Below are positions 1 through 11,300 of a stretch of 48,366 nucleotides of DNA, piece after piece. Source of the DNA: Klebsiella phage KpnP_VR7901; the sequence record OM103162.1; one strand, 5' to 3'. Within the stretch, counting starts at the first letter, position 1. The number at the start of each line of letters is the position of its first letter. A model generated the notes under the pieces. It had not been told where the DNA came from, searched no databases, and was given only the letters and a program-made list of their open reading frames with translations. The position numbers and the translations under genes were made by a program.

Positions 1-1752
1 ATGGCAAGTAAAGTAGCCAGCCTTACTTCAGAACTACATCCAGACAATGCATCAGACTGGATTGTACGTCTGTGGGACAATTTTCACAACCAACGCCGTG
101 TTAAAGTAGATGAGTGGAAAGAACTGCGTAATTACATCTTTGCCACAGATACACGTTCTACTTCCAACCAAACGCTGCCTTGGAAAAACTCTACTACAAT
201 TCCTAAGATTTGTCAGATTAGGGACAACCTCCATTCAAATTATATCAGCGCTCTTTTCCCCAATGACAATTGGCTATTATGGGAAGCAGCGGATATGGAC
301 AGCGCCACTCGTCAGAAAGCGGACACCATCAAGGCGTATATGGATAATAAGACGCGGATGGGCCATTTCCAGACAGAAATGAGCAAGCTGCTGTATGACT
401 ATATCGACTACGGCAATGCCATTGCTACAGTAACCTTTGAGCGTAATTACCATGAACTTAATGGGGAACTTATCTCTGAATACGTTGGACCTCGCGTCTA
501 CCGGGTTTCTCCTCTGGATATTGTTTTTAATCCTTTAGCAGCTACCTTCGATGAAAGCTTCAAGATTGTACGTTCTGTACGCACTCTAGGGGACCTTGCA
601 AAGCTTGCTAAGACCAACCCTGACCAAGCCTATTGGCAGAAGGTAATCGACGACCGTGAGCGCTTACGTGAGCATTTTGGGGCATATACGATTGAGGACT
701 GGGATAAGTACGAAGGGTTCCAAGTAGATGGCTTTGGGAACATGTACGAATACTACATGTCAGACTTTGTAGAAATTCTTGAGTTCTATGGAGACTGGTA
801 CGACATTGCCAACCGGGAGCTGCATGAGAACGTTCATATTGTCATTACAGACCGCCGTGCAGTGTTGCACGAGGAACCTATTCCTAACTGGTTCGGCACT
901 TCACCATTCTTCCATGTAGGATGGCGTTTCCGCTCTGACAACTTGTGGGCTATGGGGCCTCTGGATAACCTTGTTGGTATGCAATATCGCATCGACCACT
1001 TGGAAAACCTTAAAGCGGATGCTATGGACCTTGCTGTCCACCCAATGCTTAAGATTATCGGTGATGTGGAAGACTTCGATTGGGAACCGGGCGGGCGTAT
1101 CTATTTAGACAGCGATGGAGACGTTCAGGAGCTTGGCATGGGACTCAATGGAGTCATTGCAGCCAACAACGAAATAAACCTCTTAGAGCAGCGTATGGAG
1201 ACGTATGCAGGCGCTCCTAGAGAAGCTATGGGGATTCGTTCTCCGGGGGAGAAAACTGCATTCGAAGTACAACAGCTCCAGAATGCCGGTGGCCGCATCT
1301 TCCAAGAGAAAATTACCAATTTTGAGATTGAACTCTTAGAACCTGTCCTTAATGCTATGTTGGAAACTTCTCGTAGGAACATGGACGGAAGTGACACCAT
1401 CCGCGTAATGGATGGGGATACAGGAGCTGCTCTGTTTGAAACAATTACCAAAGAGGACATTGTAGCCACAGGACGTTTACGTCCAGTAGGTGCTCGTCAC
1501 TTTGCTAAACAGGCTCAAGACCTGCAGAACTTGATGGGTGTATTCTCTAATCCAGCTGTTACGCAGATGATTGCTCCTCACGTATCTGCCATCAATCTTA
1601 CGCAGTTCATTGAGGATGTAACAGGTCTTAAAGGTTATGGCATCTTCAGTCCTAATGTGGCTGTCGGTGAGAACCAAGAGACAGCTCGTCAGGCTGGTCA
1701 GGCCCAAGAGGACTTGGCTGTTGAACAATCTGTTGGTGCAGGTGGTATGTAA
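1..1752 (+). CDS. portal (head-tail connector) protein
   Basis: 583-aa ORF immediately downstream (by circular wrap) of the large terminase and upstream of scaffold/capsid, the T7-like order. The size is typical of podovirus portals. No motif-level proof. Confidence 0.65.
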   Translation: MASKVASLTSELHPDNASDWIVRLWDNFHNQRRVKVDEWKELRNYIFATDTRSTSNQTLPWKNSTTIPKICQIRDNLHSNYISALFPNDNWLLWEAADMDSATRQKADTIKAYMDNKTRMGHFQTEMSKLLYDYIDYGNAIATVTFERNYHELNGELISEYVGPRVYRVSPLDIVFNPLAATFDESFKIVRSVRTLGDLAKLAKTNPDQAYWQKVIDDRERLREHFGAYTIEDWDKYEGFQVDGFGNMYEYYMSDFVEILEFYGDWYDIANRELHENVHIVITDRRAVLHEEPIPNWFGTSPFFHVGWRFRSDNLWAMGPLDNLVGMQYRIDHLENLKADAMDLAVHPMLKIIGDVEDFDWEPGGRIYLDSDGDVQELGMGLNGVIAANNEINLLEQRMETYAGAPREAMGIRSPGEKTAFEVQQLQNAGGRIFQEKITNFEIELLEPVLNAMLETSRRNMDGSDTIRVMDGDTGAALFETITKEDIVATGRLRPVGARHFAKQAQDLQNLMGVFSNPAVTQMIAPHVSAINLTQFIEDVTGLKGYGIFSPNVAVGENQETARQAGQAQEDLAVEQSVGAGGM

Positions 1753-2015
1753 TGAATACGCTATGGACTAAAGGGTTGAAACGCGGAAGTCAAGAGGCTA
1801 AGGATATTCAGGACGCTTTCAAGGCGTCCTCCTTCCTGAGACGAAGAATGATGGAGATGCTCCAGTCTATGTTAGACGAGGAGCTTTCTTCTAAAACTTC
1901 TGATAACGCGTATGACAACCCTAATTGGGCATTTAAACAAGCTGATTCAGTAGGTTACGCGAGAGCCATCAAGAGAATGATGTCTACGCTAGAAGAAAAA
2001 GAAAAAAATATTTAA
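1752..2015 (+). CDS. hypothetical protein (head module)
   Basis: 87-aa ORF. Its ATG overlaps the portal stop (TAATG). Confidence 0.4.
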   Translation: MNTLWTKGLKRGSQEAKDIQDAFKASSFLRRRMMEMLQSMLDEELSSKTSDNAYDNPNWAFKQADSVGYARAIKRMMSTLEEKEKNI

Positions 2016-2056
2016 TAGAAAGTTGTACGAACTTGCAACTAAGAATGGTTATATAG

Positions 2057-2115
2057 TATGGGGGATTTAGGGGGCATAGTTAATTATATAATATTTAATA
2101 TAATAATTAATTACT
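2057..2115. repeat. G-box (GTATGGGGGATTTAGGGGGCAT) plus AT-rich tract; copy A of a 2-copy direct repeat
   Basis: Seen directly. An almost identical box at 39548..39571 is also followed by a TATAAT-rich AT tract. This copy lies between the head gene and scaffold. Confidence 0.6.
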
Positions 2116-2179
2116 CTTAAATCTTCTATAACAATTAAAGTATAAACCCTTATACTTAATAATACAGGAATTATTAGTC

Positions 2180-2926
2180 ATGACTGACATTTTTGAACAG
2201 AAGCCAACTACCCAAGAGGCTCCTGAAGTAACTAATACGTCTTCTGCGGACATCTTTGCCCACCAGCTTATGTCCATTAAGAATGAACGCGGTGAACCTA
2301 AGTATAACTCGATTGAAACTGCTCTTGACGCGTTAAAGCATAGCCAAGAATACATTCCCCAGATTAAATCTGAGGCGGAACGTTGGAAGGCAGAAGCTGA
2401 GCGGCTCCAAGCAGAACTTGCACAACGTGCGTCTATCGAAGATACTATCTCCAAGTTCACCCCCCAACGTACACCTGAAGCACCTTCTACCACCACTGAA
2501 GCACCGAAGGCGTTGGATGAAAGCGCTGTTGAAGCAATGTTACAGCGTGCTCTCACTGCCCGTGAGCAAAAGCAATTAGCCGAACAGAACCTTTCTGCGG
2601 TATCTGCCCAGCTTACTCAGAAGTATGGTGAGAAAGCAAAAGAAGTTCTAGCCAGTAAAGCTGCTGAATTGGGAATGTCTATGGAGAGCGTAAAACAAAT
2701 CGCAAGCTCCAGCCCATCTGCGGTATTAGCATGGTTTAACACTTCCTCTCCTGCGCCTTCAGGCGCTCCTGTGCGGTCAACAGTATCGCTCCCGGACACC
2801 CCTCGAGACACCGAGTTGAAAAGTCCGAGTAAGTCGCTGCTCCGTGGAGCCTCATCTAAAGACCAGATTGAGTTCCTGAAGAAGATTAGGGAAGAGGTTT
2901 ATCGGAAACACGATATTGACAGTTAA
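2180..2926 (+). CDS. scaffolding protein
   Basis: 248 aa, acidic, Ala/Glu/Gln-rich with predicted coiled coil, placed between portal and major capsid. RBS AGGAAT precedes the ATG. Confidence 0.65.
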   Translation: MTDIFEQKPTTQEAPEVTNTSSADIFAHQLMSIKNERGEPKYNSIETALDALKHSQEYIPQIKSEAERWKAEAERLQAELAQRASIEDTISKFTPQRTPEAPSTTTEAPKALDESAVEAMLQRALTAREQKQLAEQNLSAVSAQLTQKYGEKAKEVLASKAAELGMSMESVKQIASSSPSAVLAWFNTSSPAPSGAPVRSTVSLPDTPRDTELKSPSKSLLRGASSKDQIEFLKKIREEVYRKHDIDS

Positions 2927-2956
2927 CCTGTCTCCTCTGATTATTAAGGAAATTAA

Positions 2957-3898
2957 ATGGCTCAATTAACTACTAACACCACTGCCTTCATTGAAGCAGA
3001 GCAGTATTCCCAATTTATTCTGCTCAACCTTCATGATGGTCTGCTTGGTGAGCAGTTCTACCGCAACGTAACCGACTTCGGTTCTGGTACTACGCTGCAC
3101 ATTAAAACCATCGGCTCTGTAACCGTACAGGATGCGGCAGAAGACGTTCCGCTGGTATACAACCCGATTGAATCTGGTGAAGTAACTCTTACCATCACTG
3201 ATTACAAAGGTGACGCATGGTATGTTACTGACGACCTCCGTGAAGACGGTGCCCAGATTGATGCACTGATGGCCCAGCGTGCTGCTGAAGGTACTCGTGC
3301 TATTCAGGAAGTGTTTGAAACTCGCTTCTTGGCTACTGCTAACGCAGGTCAGCAAAACGAAAACCCTAACACCATTAACGGCTTCCCGCATCGTATCGCC
3401 TCCACTGAAACCAACAACGTGTTTGCTCTGAGTCAGCTCATTGCAATGCGTCTGGCTTTCGATAAAGCTAACGTACCAGACACCGGCCGTGTGTTCATTG
3501 CTGACCCGATTGTTGAAGCTACTCTGAACGGCTTAGTTACCATCACTCACGATGTAACTGATTTCGGCGCTAACATTCTCCGTAGCGGTCTCGCTTCCGG
3601 TATGCGCTTTGTTCAGCAGCTGTTTGGTTTCGACATCATCCTGTCTAACCGCCTGCCTCGTGGTACTTTCTCTGATGGTACTACTTCTGTATCCAATGCC
3701 GTAGCAAACATCGCTATGTGTGTTCTGGATGACCAGACTAAGCCTGTTATGGTTGCATGGCGTCGTATGCCGAAAACTGAAGGTGAGCGTAACAAAGACC
3801 GTCGTCGTGACGAGTTCGTTACCACCTGCCGTTACGGTATGGGTGTACAGCGTGTTGACACCCTTGGTGTTATCATCACTTCTGCTGTTAAGTACTAA
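2957..3898 (+). CDS. major capsid protein
   Basis: 313-aa ORF directly after scaffold, strong RBS (AAGGAAATTAAATG), high-expression codon usage, followed by a strong terminator at 4271. Confidence 0.8.
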   Translation: MAQLTTNTTAFIEAEQYSQFILLNLHDGLLGEQFYRNVTDFGSGTTLHIKTIGSVTVQDAAEDVPLVYNPIESGEVTLTITDYKGDAWYVTDDLREDGAQIDALMAQRAAEGTRAIQEVFETRFLATANAGQQNENPNTINGFPHRIASTETNNVFALSQLIAMRLAFDKANVPDTGRVFIADPIVEATLNGLVTITHDVTDFGANILRSGLASGMRFVQQLFGFDIILSNRLPRGTFSDGTTSVSNAVANIAMCVLDDQTKPVMVAWRRMPKTEGERNKDRRRDEFVTTCRYGMGVQRVDTLGVIITSAVKY

Positions 3899-3906
3899 GG
3901 AGAATT

Positions 3907-4263
3907 TTGATGGCTTATGAAAAGACTAGCGGCTTAGGAGTTAACAACTTCTATGGCCCTCGTACTGCTACTGGTGCTCAAGGCCCGGATGAAAGCTCCG
4001 GTGTACTGAATTCCTTTGTTTGGCAGTATGATTCCTCCGCCCTGCTTGATGACCGCTTTGTAATCCCGGCTAGCTCTGCCATTGTCGATGTTATGAAGCC
4101 TGCTGGTGTCACCTCTGTTACAGTTGGTGATACGGAAGTTGCAGCTGCTACTTGGGCTGCCCCTGTGATTGCAGGTGGTGCTGTAGCCCTCACTGGTGCA
4201 ACCACTGGTGACAAGGTTATCATCACTTATCAGAAAATTGTTGGCGCTCTCGCAGGTGCTTAA
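3907..4263 (+). CDS. small structural protein (possible capsid decoration/Ig-like)
   Basis: 118 aa, Gly/Ala/Thr/Val-rich. RBS AAGGAG. Sits between capsid and terminator. Confidence 0.45.
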   Translation: MMAYEKTSGLGVNNFYGPRTATGAQGPDESSGVLNSFVWQYDSSALLDDRFVIPASSAIVDVMKPAGVTSVTVGDTEVAAATWAAPVIAGGAVALTGATTGDKVIITYQKIVGALAGA

Positions 4264-4270
4264 GAACTCT

Positions 4271-4300
4271 GGGGAGGCTTCGGCCTCCCTTTTTTGTTTC
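4271..4300 (+). terminator. rho-independent terminator after capsid genes
   Basis: Stem GGGAGGC-TTCG-GCCTCCC followed by TTTTTTGTTT. Confidence 0.8.
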
Positions 4301-4313
4301 TATGGAGAGTTAA

Positions 4314-5072
4314 ATGGCCAAGCTAACCCTTCTTGATATCACTCAGGATATTTTAAATGACCTCTCTGCTGACCCAGTTAACTCCATCACAGATACAGTG
4401 GAGAGTCAACAGGTAGCTCAGATTGTCAAGAGCACATATTTTGCTTTAATGCATGTACGCAATTGGAGAGGAAACCAACAGCTTCTTAATCTAATTGCTT
4501 CGGGAGATGCTTCTCTTCCTACACATGTAACCCTTCCAGAGAACCTCAGCGAACTCTCCTTTGTCAACTACGATTGCCGCTTACAATCAGACAATAGGAA
4601 AGTGTATAGGGCTGTCAGGTATGTCTATCCAGATGAGTTTCTGCGTAGACAGAATCAGTATGATGACACTGTAGATTATATTGATGTCATCCAAGACCCT
4701 TCAGGTGTACAGCTCCTCATTCGTAACGATGTGCCCCCCACTGTATGGACTTCCTTTGATGACAAGGTATTGGTGTTTGATTCCTACAATAAGAACGTAG
4801 AGGACACCATCCAGAGTTCCAAGATACAGGCAATGGGGTATGTAACTCCTAATTGGTTAATGGAAGATGATTTCATTCCTGTGTTGCCAGAGGAAGCTTT
4901 TACGCTGTTGCTGGAAGAGGCTAAGAGCCGCGCTTCCATGAAACTCAACCAACAGGCTGACCAGAAGGCAGAGCAAGAGGCTGTACGACAGAATCGATGG
5001 CTTGCCGGTAAGCAATGGAGAGCCCACAAAGGAGCCCGAACACCAAACTTCGGTCGCCGGGGATATAAATGA
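4314..5072 (+). CDS. tail tubular protein A (T7 gp11-like)
   Basis: Position before the large tail tubular B gene. The N-terminal pattern resembles gp11 (LxxITQDILNDLSADPVNSI vs T7 VNDILASIGEPPV). Confidence 0.65.
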   Translation: MAKLTLLDITQDILNDLSADPVNSITDTVESQQVAQIVKSTYFALMHVRNWRGNQQLLNLIASGDASLPTHVTLPENLSELSFVNYDCRLQSDNRKVYRAVRYVYPDEFLRRQNQYDDTVDYIDVIQDPSGVQLLIRNDVPPTVWTSFDDKVLVFDSYNKNVEDTIQSSKIQAMGYVTPNWLMEDDFIPVLPEEAFTLLLEEAKSRASMKLNQQADQKAEQEAVRQNRWLAGKQWRAHKGARTPNFGRRGYK

Positions 5073-5237
5073 TTATTGAATATAAATCTTATTTTATCAA
5101 AGGGAATGGGATGGGAATGTACACCATCTCTAATGTAGGCAAAGGCGTCCTCGCTTCACTGTTGCGGGGCTTATACACCTCGCCGTCTTTCGCTATGCTA
5201 GCGATTGACGCTTATTTGGATGGTAAGGCGGACAAGA

Positions 5238-7544
5238 ATGGCAAGACAAACAGCGGCGATTGAGGTTAACACCTTTGTTCGTGGAATAATCACAGAAGCC
5301 TCCCCACTAACATTCCCAGAGAATGCGTCTATTGATGAGCAGAACATGGTCTTGAATAAAGATGGTTCTCGTGAAAGGCGCTTAGGGATGGACTATGAGG
5401 AGGGATACGCCACTTTCTCAGCAAATGTATCTGCGGCAGAGAATCCTGTATTTAATTCCTTTGTGTGGAAACAGCCGGGGGGCTTCACTGAGAGTGAATT
5501 CTCTGTTGTGCAATCAGGACGTAGACTCACCTTCATTGATAACACAGCGACAGTGCTTAGCGCTGCTGTAAAGGCCACCTACGACATTGGGAACAACGTC
5601 ACTAGCAAGATATCCCTAGCAGCTGTTGATGGCATCCTAGTGGCTGCCACGGGCTCTGGTGACATATACGCATTCGATTACGATGGCACTAACATCTCCC
5701 AGACTGCTTCCCGTCTTAAGATACGAGACATGTTTGGGGTAGAAGATACAATTAACGGGCAAGATCTTCGTACAGGACAGGGAGTACAGGTAAGACCTTC
5801 TATTCAGACAGACGCTCATATTTACAATCTGCGTAATCAAACTTTCGCCTACCCTCGCTACCGTGGTGATGGGGATGATGCTGAAACTTCAACTTGCCCT
5901 ATCTTCTCTTTCCATGAAGAAGAGGGGACATTCCAAGCCAACTCTGACAACCTAATTACCTATCTGTACGCTAACGCTAACGACAGCGATGACCGCAATA
6001 CCCGTCGATACTTCCAGAAAGATAACTTGAATAACCCCCTGGGTACTAACCTAGCCCCTATGGGTTTCTTTATTATCGACGCCATGAACCGTGGAGCGTC
6101 TCGCTTAGAAGCTGTACATGATTTGTATAACACGTACCCAGAGCTTCAATATCCAATTACTTCCTTGCCAACAGATTCTACCCCAGGAGGGGCCTCTGTA
6201 GTAGCTACTTACGCGGGACGTGCTTGGTTTGCGGGGTTTAGTTCTCAGGTTGTAGATGGAGATAAAGAATCACCTCGAATGACCTCCTATGTTCTGTTTA
6301 GCCGTTTAGTAGATAAGATTTCAGATATCTATAAGTGTTATCAAGACGGGGACCCAACCTCCTCCGAAACACCAGATTTGGTGGATACAGACGGAGGCTT
6401 CTTACGACTGGATGGGGCCTACAACATCTCTGCGATGGTTAACGTAGGCGATGCCTTGATGGTTGTAGCTGAGAATGGAGTGTGGAAGATTACAGGGGGC
6501 AGTGGCTACGGTTTCTCTGCCACCAACTACATGACCACCAAGCTGGCTGAATACGGTTGTATCTCTCCGGGCTCTGTAGTGTCAGTAGATAGCACCTTCA
6601 TGTACTGGTCTGAGGATGGAATTTATCATGTCACTAAGAATCAGTACGGAGATTGGGCTGCTAATAACATCTCTAACACTACAATCCAAGGCCTATATGA
6701 TGACATAGCCTACGGCAATAAAGTTGCTTGTCAGTCCACATATGACCGCTATACACGATGTGTAAGATGGATGTTTAATAATCTAGCGTCCTCCTCTGGT
6801 TCTACTAGAGAGCTGATTCTAGATATTAACTTATCCTCGTTCTATATATCAGATGTAGCACCAGTATCTGGGACATTTCCTAGAATGGTTGCTTATGTAA
6901 AAACTCCCCCGTTTAAGATTACCACAGAGTCTACGCAGGTAATTACTGGGGCACAGGATACAGTGGTTGACTCCTCCATCAATACTGTGGTGGTACAGGA
7001 TTCCTCTGTACTGTCTGGAGTGTCTGAGACGTATTTTGTCACTATAGACAGCGAGCAAGCGGGGGACATTAAGCTCACCTTCTCTTATTATAGAGATGGT
7101 ACATTCACCGACTGGGTAAGTAAGAATGGAACAGGTGTTGACGCAGCAGCATATCTACTAACTGGATGGACAGGTGGTGGGGACTACCAGCGTCAGAAGC
7201 AAGCACCGCTCCTCACTGTGCATTGCATTAAGACAGAGACAGGGTTTGATTCAGAATATGAACCAGTTAATGCCAGTTCTGTATTAGTGCAGGGGCAGTG
7301 GAGTTGGACAAACTTAGCAGCTTCTAACAAATGGACCTCAACATTCCAAGCTTACAGACATACACGGTTGTGGGCCCCAGAGGACAACTCTTCTCCATTC
7401 AACGATGGGAACCATGTAGTTGTCACAAGGAATAGGCTGAGAGGCCGTGGAAGAGTGCTGTCCCTGCTGTTTAAAACAGAGCCTAAGAAAGCGTTTAAGC
7501 TTCTGGGTTGGTCCCACGTAATGATGGTTAACGGGAGCGTTTAA
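5238..7544 (+). CDS. tail tubular protein B (T7 gp12-like)
   Basis: About 770 aa, a gp12-like size and position. The ORF track starts at 5205, but ATG 5238 (MARQTAAIEV...) is the more plausible start. Confidence 0.7.
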   Translation: MARQTAAIEVNTFVRGIITEASPLTFPENASIDEQNMVLNKDGSRERRLGMDYEEGYATFSANVSAAENPVFNSFVWKQPGGFTESEFSVVQSGRRLTFIDNTATVLSAAVKATYDIGNNVTSKISLAAVDGILVAATGSGDIYAFDYDGTNISQTASRLKIRDMFGVEDTINGQDLRTGQGVQVRPSIQTDAHIYNLRNQTFAYPRYRGDGDDAETSTCPIFSFHEEEGTFQANSDNLITYLYANANDSDDRNTRRYFQKDNLNNPLGTNLAPMGFFIIDAMNRGASRLEAVHDLYNTYPELQYPITSLPTDSTPGGASVVATYAGRAWFAGFSSQVVDGDKESPRMTSYVLFSRLVDKISDIYKCYQDGDPTSSETPDLVDTDGGFLRLDGAYNISAMVNVGDALMVVAENGVWKITGGSGYGFSATNYMTTKLAEYGCISPGSVVSVDSTFMYWSEDGIYHVTKNQYGDWAANNISNTTIQGLYDDIAYGNKVACQSTYDRYTRCVRWMFNNLASSSGSTRELILDINLSSFYISDVAPVSGTFPRMVAYVKTPPFKITTESTQVITGAQDTVVDSSINTVVVQDSSVLSGVSETYFVTIDSEQAGDIKLTFSYYRDGTFTDWVSKNGTGVDAAAYLLTGWTGGGDYQRQKQAPLLTVHCIKTETGFDSEYEPVNASSVLVQGQWSWTNLAASNKWTSTFQAYRHTRLWAPEDNSSPFNDGNHVVVTRNRLRGRGRVLSLLFKTEPKKAFKLLGWSHVMMVNGSV

Positions 7545-7843
7545 TGGAAAGTAGAATTGAAGACCTCTACGTAGGAGATGACTTCTATGCAAGAGGGGAA
7601 TACGCTGGAGGTTTTCTTTTCTTCCATTGCGAGCTGTATATTCACAATAAATCTACTATTAAGAAAATAAGACAGGCCCTCCGAGAAACTATTGAGCAGG
7701 CTAGGGAAATGGGGTATGACAAGCCCGTCTTCTCTTATGTTGAAGCGGGGCCTAAAGGAAAACTCAGTAAGATGGCTGGAGGGGTGCTGTGCAATACCTT
7801 TGAAGCCGAGGGTAAGAGATTTGAGGTGTATAAATGGGAATAG
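7544..7843 (+). CDS. hypothetical virion protein
   Basis: 99 aa, translationally coupled (TAATGG) to the tail tubular B gene. Confidence 0.4.
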   Translation: MESRIEDLYVGDDFYARGEYAGGFLFFHCELYIHNKSTIKKIRQALRETIEQAREMGYDKPVFSYVEAGPKGKLSKMAGGVLCNTFEAEGKRFEVYKWE

Positions 7844-8373
7844 AAACGGCAGGTATTATAGTTGCTGCTGTTGGTGCAGCATCTACAGTTTACAGTGTGT
7901 CAGAGCAGCAGCGTCAATCTAAGAAGGCCGCAGGGGCTCAGAAAGAGGCATCAGCTATTGCAGAAGCCCAGCGCAAGAATGAAGAGATGGACCAGCGCAG
8001 GCAGCAGATTAGACAGCAGAGAATCAGGGCAGCACAGATAGAGCAAGGGGCTGCTAACCAAGGGGCCTCAGATAGTTCAGGAGAACTAGGCTCTCTTTCC
8101 GCCCTCTCTTCTAATGTCGCTAGTAACCTAGCTACAATGTCTGGCCGTTCAGCTGCGGCATCTGGAATCTATTCAGCTAACCAGCGAGCCCTCAATGCAC
8201 AGAGTGCTGCACAGACAGCAGGAGCTATCGGGCAGATTGGTGGAGCAGCTATGAACTTAGCCGCCCCAGCAGCTGGAGCAGGACTTGCTAAACTCTTTGG
8301 GGACAGTACAGGGGTTAGCGGGCTAAGCGAACAGCTGGACACTACGATTCAGAATAATCCAAGTATTTTTTAA
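7834..8373 (+). CDS. internal virion protein (gp14-like)
   Basis: 179 aa, Ala/Gln/Ser-rich low-complexity protein with an N-terminal hydrophobic segment, upstream of giant internal proteins. Confidence 0.5.
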   Translation: MGIETAGIIVAAVGAASTVYSVSEQQRQSKKAAGAQKEASAIAEAQRKNEEMDQRRQQIRQQRIRAAQIEQGAANQGASDSSGELGSLSALSSNVASNLATMSGRSAAASGIYSANQRALNAQSAAQTAGAIGQIGGAAMNLAAPAAGAGLAKLFGDSTGVSGLSEQLDTTIQNNPSIF

Positions 8374-8382
8374 GGAAGACAC

Positions 8383-11300
8383 ATGGCAGAGCTTGACCAG
8401 TTTAACACAGGCGCAACTAATGATTTGGCAGACTTTCAAACTGACGACCAGCTTGCTGCTCCGGTGACGAACGCAAGCTCTAACCAAAACATTGCTGCCC
8501 ATGTATCAATGCTATCATCCAATCCTGGAGATACGGCTGGTACATACAACACCATTCGCGATGAATATGATACGCTTGGCTACAGCCCTACAGCCGATGA
8601 GGTGACTAAGGCTGCTAAGGAAGATAACACACAAGCCTATCGTCGCTCCTCAGCCGATTTCTTAACCAACCCAGCAGTGGCTGATGAGTTTAAAGCTAAT
8701 GCTCTTGCTCGTATCAATGACCCCAATTCTGACTTATATCGTCTACGAGCTATGGTTGGTACGCAGGAAGCAGCGAAACCTGCCCCGAATGAGACGCAAG
8801 AAGCAGCTTCAATGCGCGGGGTGTGGGCAGCAGGAATCAACACTGTTCTTGAATACCAGCGTGAAAAGCAGAAGATTTATAATCAAATGCAGCTGGAGCA
8901 GGACGCTACTAAAACTGCCACCTATGTGGGGATGGCTGAAGACCTTGTTCCAACTGTGTGGGGATACAAAGCTGCATCTCTGGCGCAGGATATTGCGGGG
9001 GGTGGGGTATTATCTAAAATCTGGGGAACAATTCTCCCCGGAGAGGCCACAAAAGAGGCAGCAGACGCGTTTAACAAAATCCCATTTGAACAACGTGCCG
9101 CTGCTCTCCAGAAAGTTGTAGACATGGCTGCTGAACGTGGCTCCACTATCTTCCTCCCAGAAGAGCGTGACCACGCCAACTTCGCCCTTGTGCGTAGTAT
9201 GACTGAAACAGGCGATTTTGATGTCACTGACAGGACTGTTGCCAACGTAATCGGGGTATTGGATGTAACAGGGTTGCTGGGAGCCATTAAACTTGTTGGC
9301 GGGACGGCTGCGGCCGCCACAAGAACATTGCGAGCCGGTGATGACCTAGCGGAAGGGGCCCGGTTTGGAGGAGGTTCCCCAAGAAGGCCGTCTCCTCAGA
9401 CAGACTGGAAAACTGGAAAACAAGAGGGCCCTCGTACATTCGACCAAGAGGGGAATCTGGTTACAGGGAATGAGGTAGCTGTCAGTAATGCCCGTAGGCA
9501 GTTCACCACTACTGATGTACAGCCCACATCTCTCTCGCAGGTAATTAAAGATGCTAATCCAGAAATGGCTCGTAATCTTTTTCAGGCTGTTGAAAAAGAC
9601 ACTACTGGAGATATCGCAAATGGTGCTTTTGGTGCTAGTCGTGAAGATGCTATTGCACATAGCGTCTCCCCTCAAGTAGCCACTGAGAGCGGGTCGGTCT
9701 CCTCCAAGACTTCCCACCCAGAGCGTAACTCTGACTTTGAGTTCATGCCTGATGCTGACGTTATCAACTGGTATTCCAACAGCTCTGGATTCTCCCATCT
9801 CACACTGTCTGAGAAAGCTGCCCTAGACGCTAACGTAACTAATGACTTCATGAACACGCTTGGAATGGTGGCCCGTAAAGAAATGTCTTCTATTTCTGCG
9901 GAAGGGGGGCCTCTTAACATTAAAGCCGTATATGGCCCATCTGACAGCGGATGGTCTAGTGTTAAAGATGCTGTAGACAAGGCTCAGTATGCACTGCGTA
10001 AATATGGCATAACTCAGGATGAGATTGAAATCCTAGTTCGTCGGGGGGATGACTATGCCCCTATATCTAAGGAGGACAAAGCCGCTCTTCTCGCCGGAAA
10101 GGGAGCGGAGCTTAATGGGGACTACCTGTTACAAATTAGCCATAAGTATAACTATGACCACTTAGACTTGGACGCACCGCAGTTCAGTTCTCTGGATGTT
10201 AAATGGAACTATACAGACCGTTTTTCAAAAGCTCCGGGCTCTTCCGGGGAGGGGTCTTTCACCACTAACCTGTTCACTCCCGATTCCATCTACCACCCTG
10301 ACCTAATGAAGGGTGCTGTAGTAGCAGGTACAAGAGGGGCCCGTCTGGAGAAGCTTCTGCACAAAGCTGCCGATGACTTCATCAAAGGAACTAAGACCTT
10401 AAACTGGGGACGTGTCCGAGCCTTGGATGATAAAATCAAGGAGATGAACTTCAAAGGGCAGCCTCTGAATTATGCCCAGTTGCGTGCAGAGGGATTCAGC
10501 CAGAAAGAGATTGGAATGCTCGAAAGCTGGAAGAGCGTACAAGATACTAACTGGTGGCTGAACAACCAAGCTGTTGTGCGTAACTATCAGAAACGTGGGT
10601 ATGGTCTGTTAGAGATTCCAGAGGTAGGTTTCAAGAAAGCTGCCCGGGATTTATCAGCGTCCCGTGTTGCCGATAATACAGCTGTCTACGACGCTCTTAC
10701 AGACACTGTGCGTAATCTGTCCCGTCATGAGATAGATACCCTGTACGCAGAAGGAAAGGCTGTTTCTAAAATGGCTCACTCTATAGATGTGAACGGGGTA
10801 AAAGCTCTGCACGTCATCAACCCTAATGCAGCAGGTAAAGGATATATCAGAGCTTTCCGTCAGGATGATGTAATGCTCAACTATCGTCATGGCTACTATG
10901 CTGTACGCTATAAAGACCCGCACTTCATTGAGCGTAAGGTTACTGATGGCTCAGGCAATGTGTCTTGGGAAGCCATTGCTACGGCGCCCGACGCAGTCAG
11001 CGCCAACAAGTATATGACGAGCATGACAGAGAAAGCCGGTGGTGAATACCGAGTACGTGGGGACTATCGTGGAGGTGACAGGGATAAAGCGGAGGGGCAG
11101 GTAATGCTATCCGGAGGAATGTCTGCAGAGCGTCTACGCGGTAAGCGCTTAGAGAATGCTTACGGGACTAATGCGGGCATGGAACATATGCACATTCAAT
11201 CCCCTTCCGAGAGCTTGATGGCATCAATCAGAGCATTGTCAGACCGAGTGTCTTATCAGAACTGGAGTGATACAGCTAAGGCGCGTTTCATGGCACAGTT

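Noticed and set aside
2057-2078. G-box as a G-quadruplex
   Set aside because: Only two G5 runs per site, whereas four G-runs are needed.
5069-5263. 64-aa plus-strand ORF between the tail tubular A and B genes
   Set aside because: No convincing RBS, and it overlaps the likely true start region of tail tubular B. Probably non-coding spacer.
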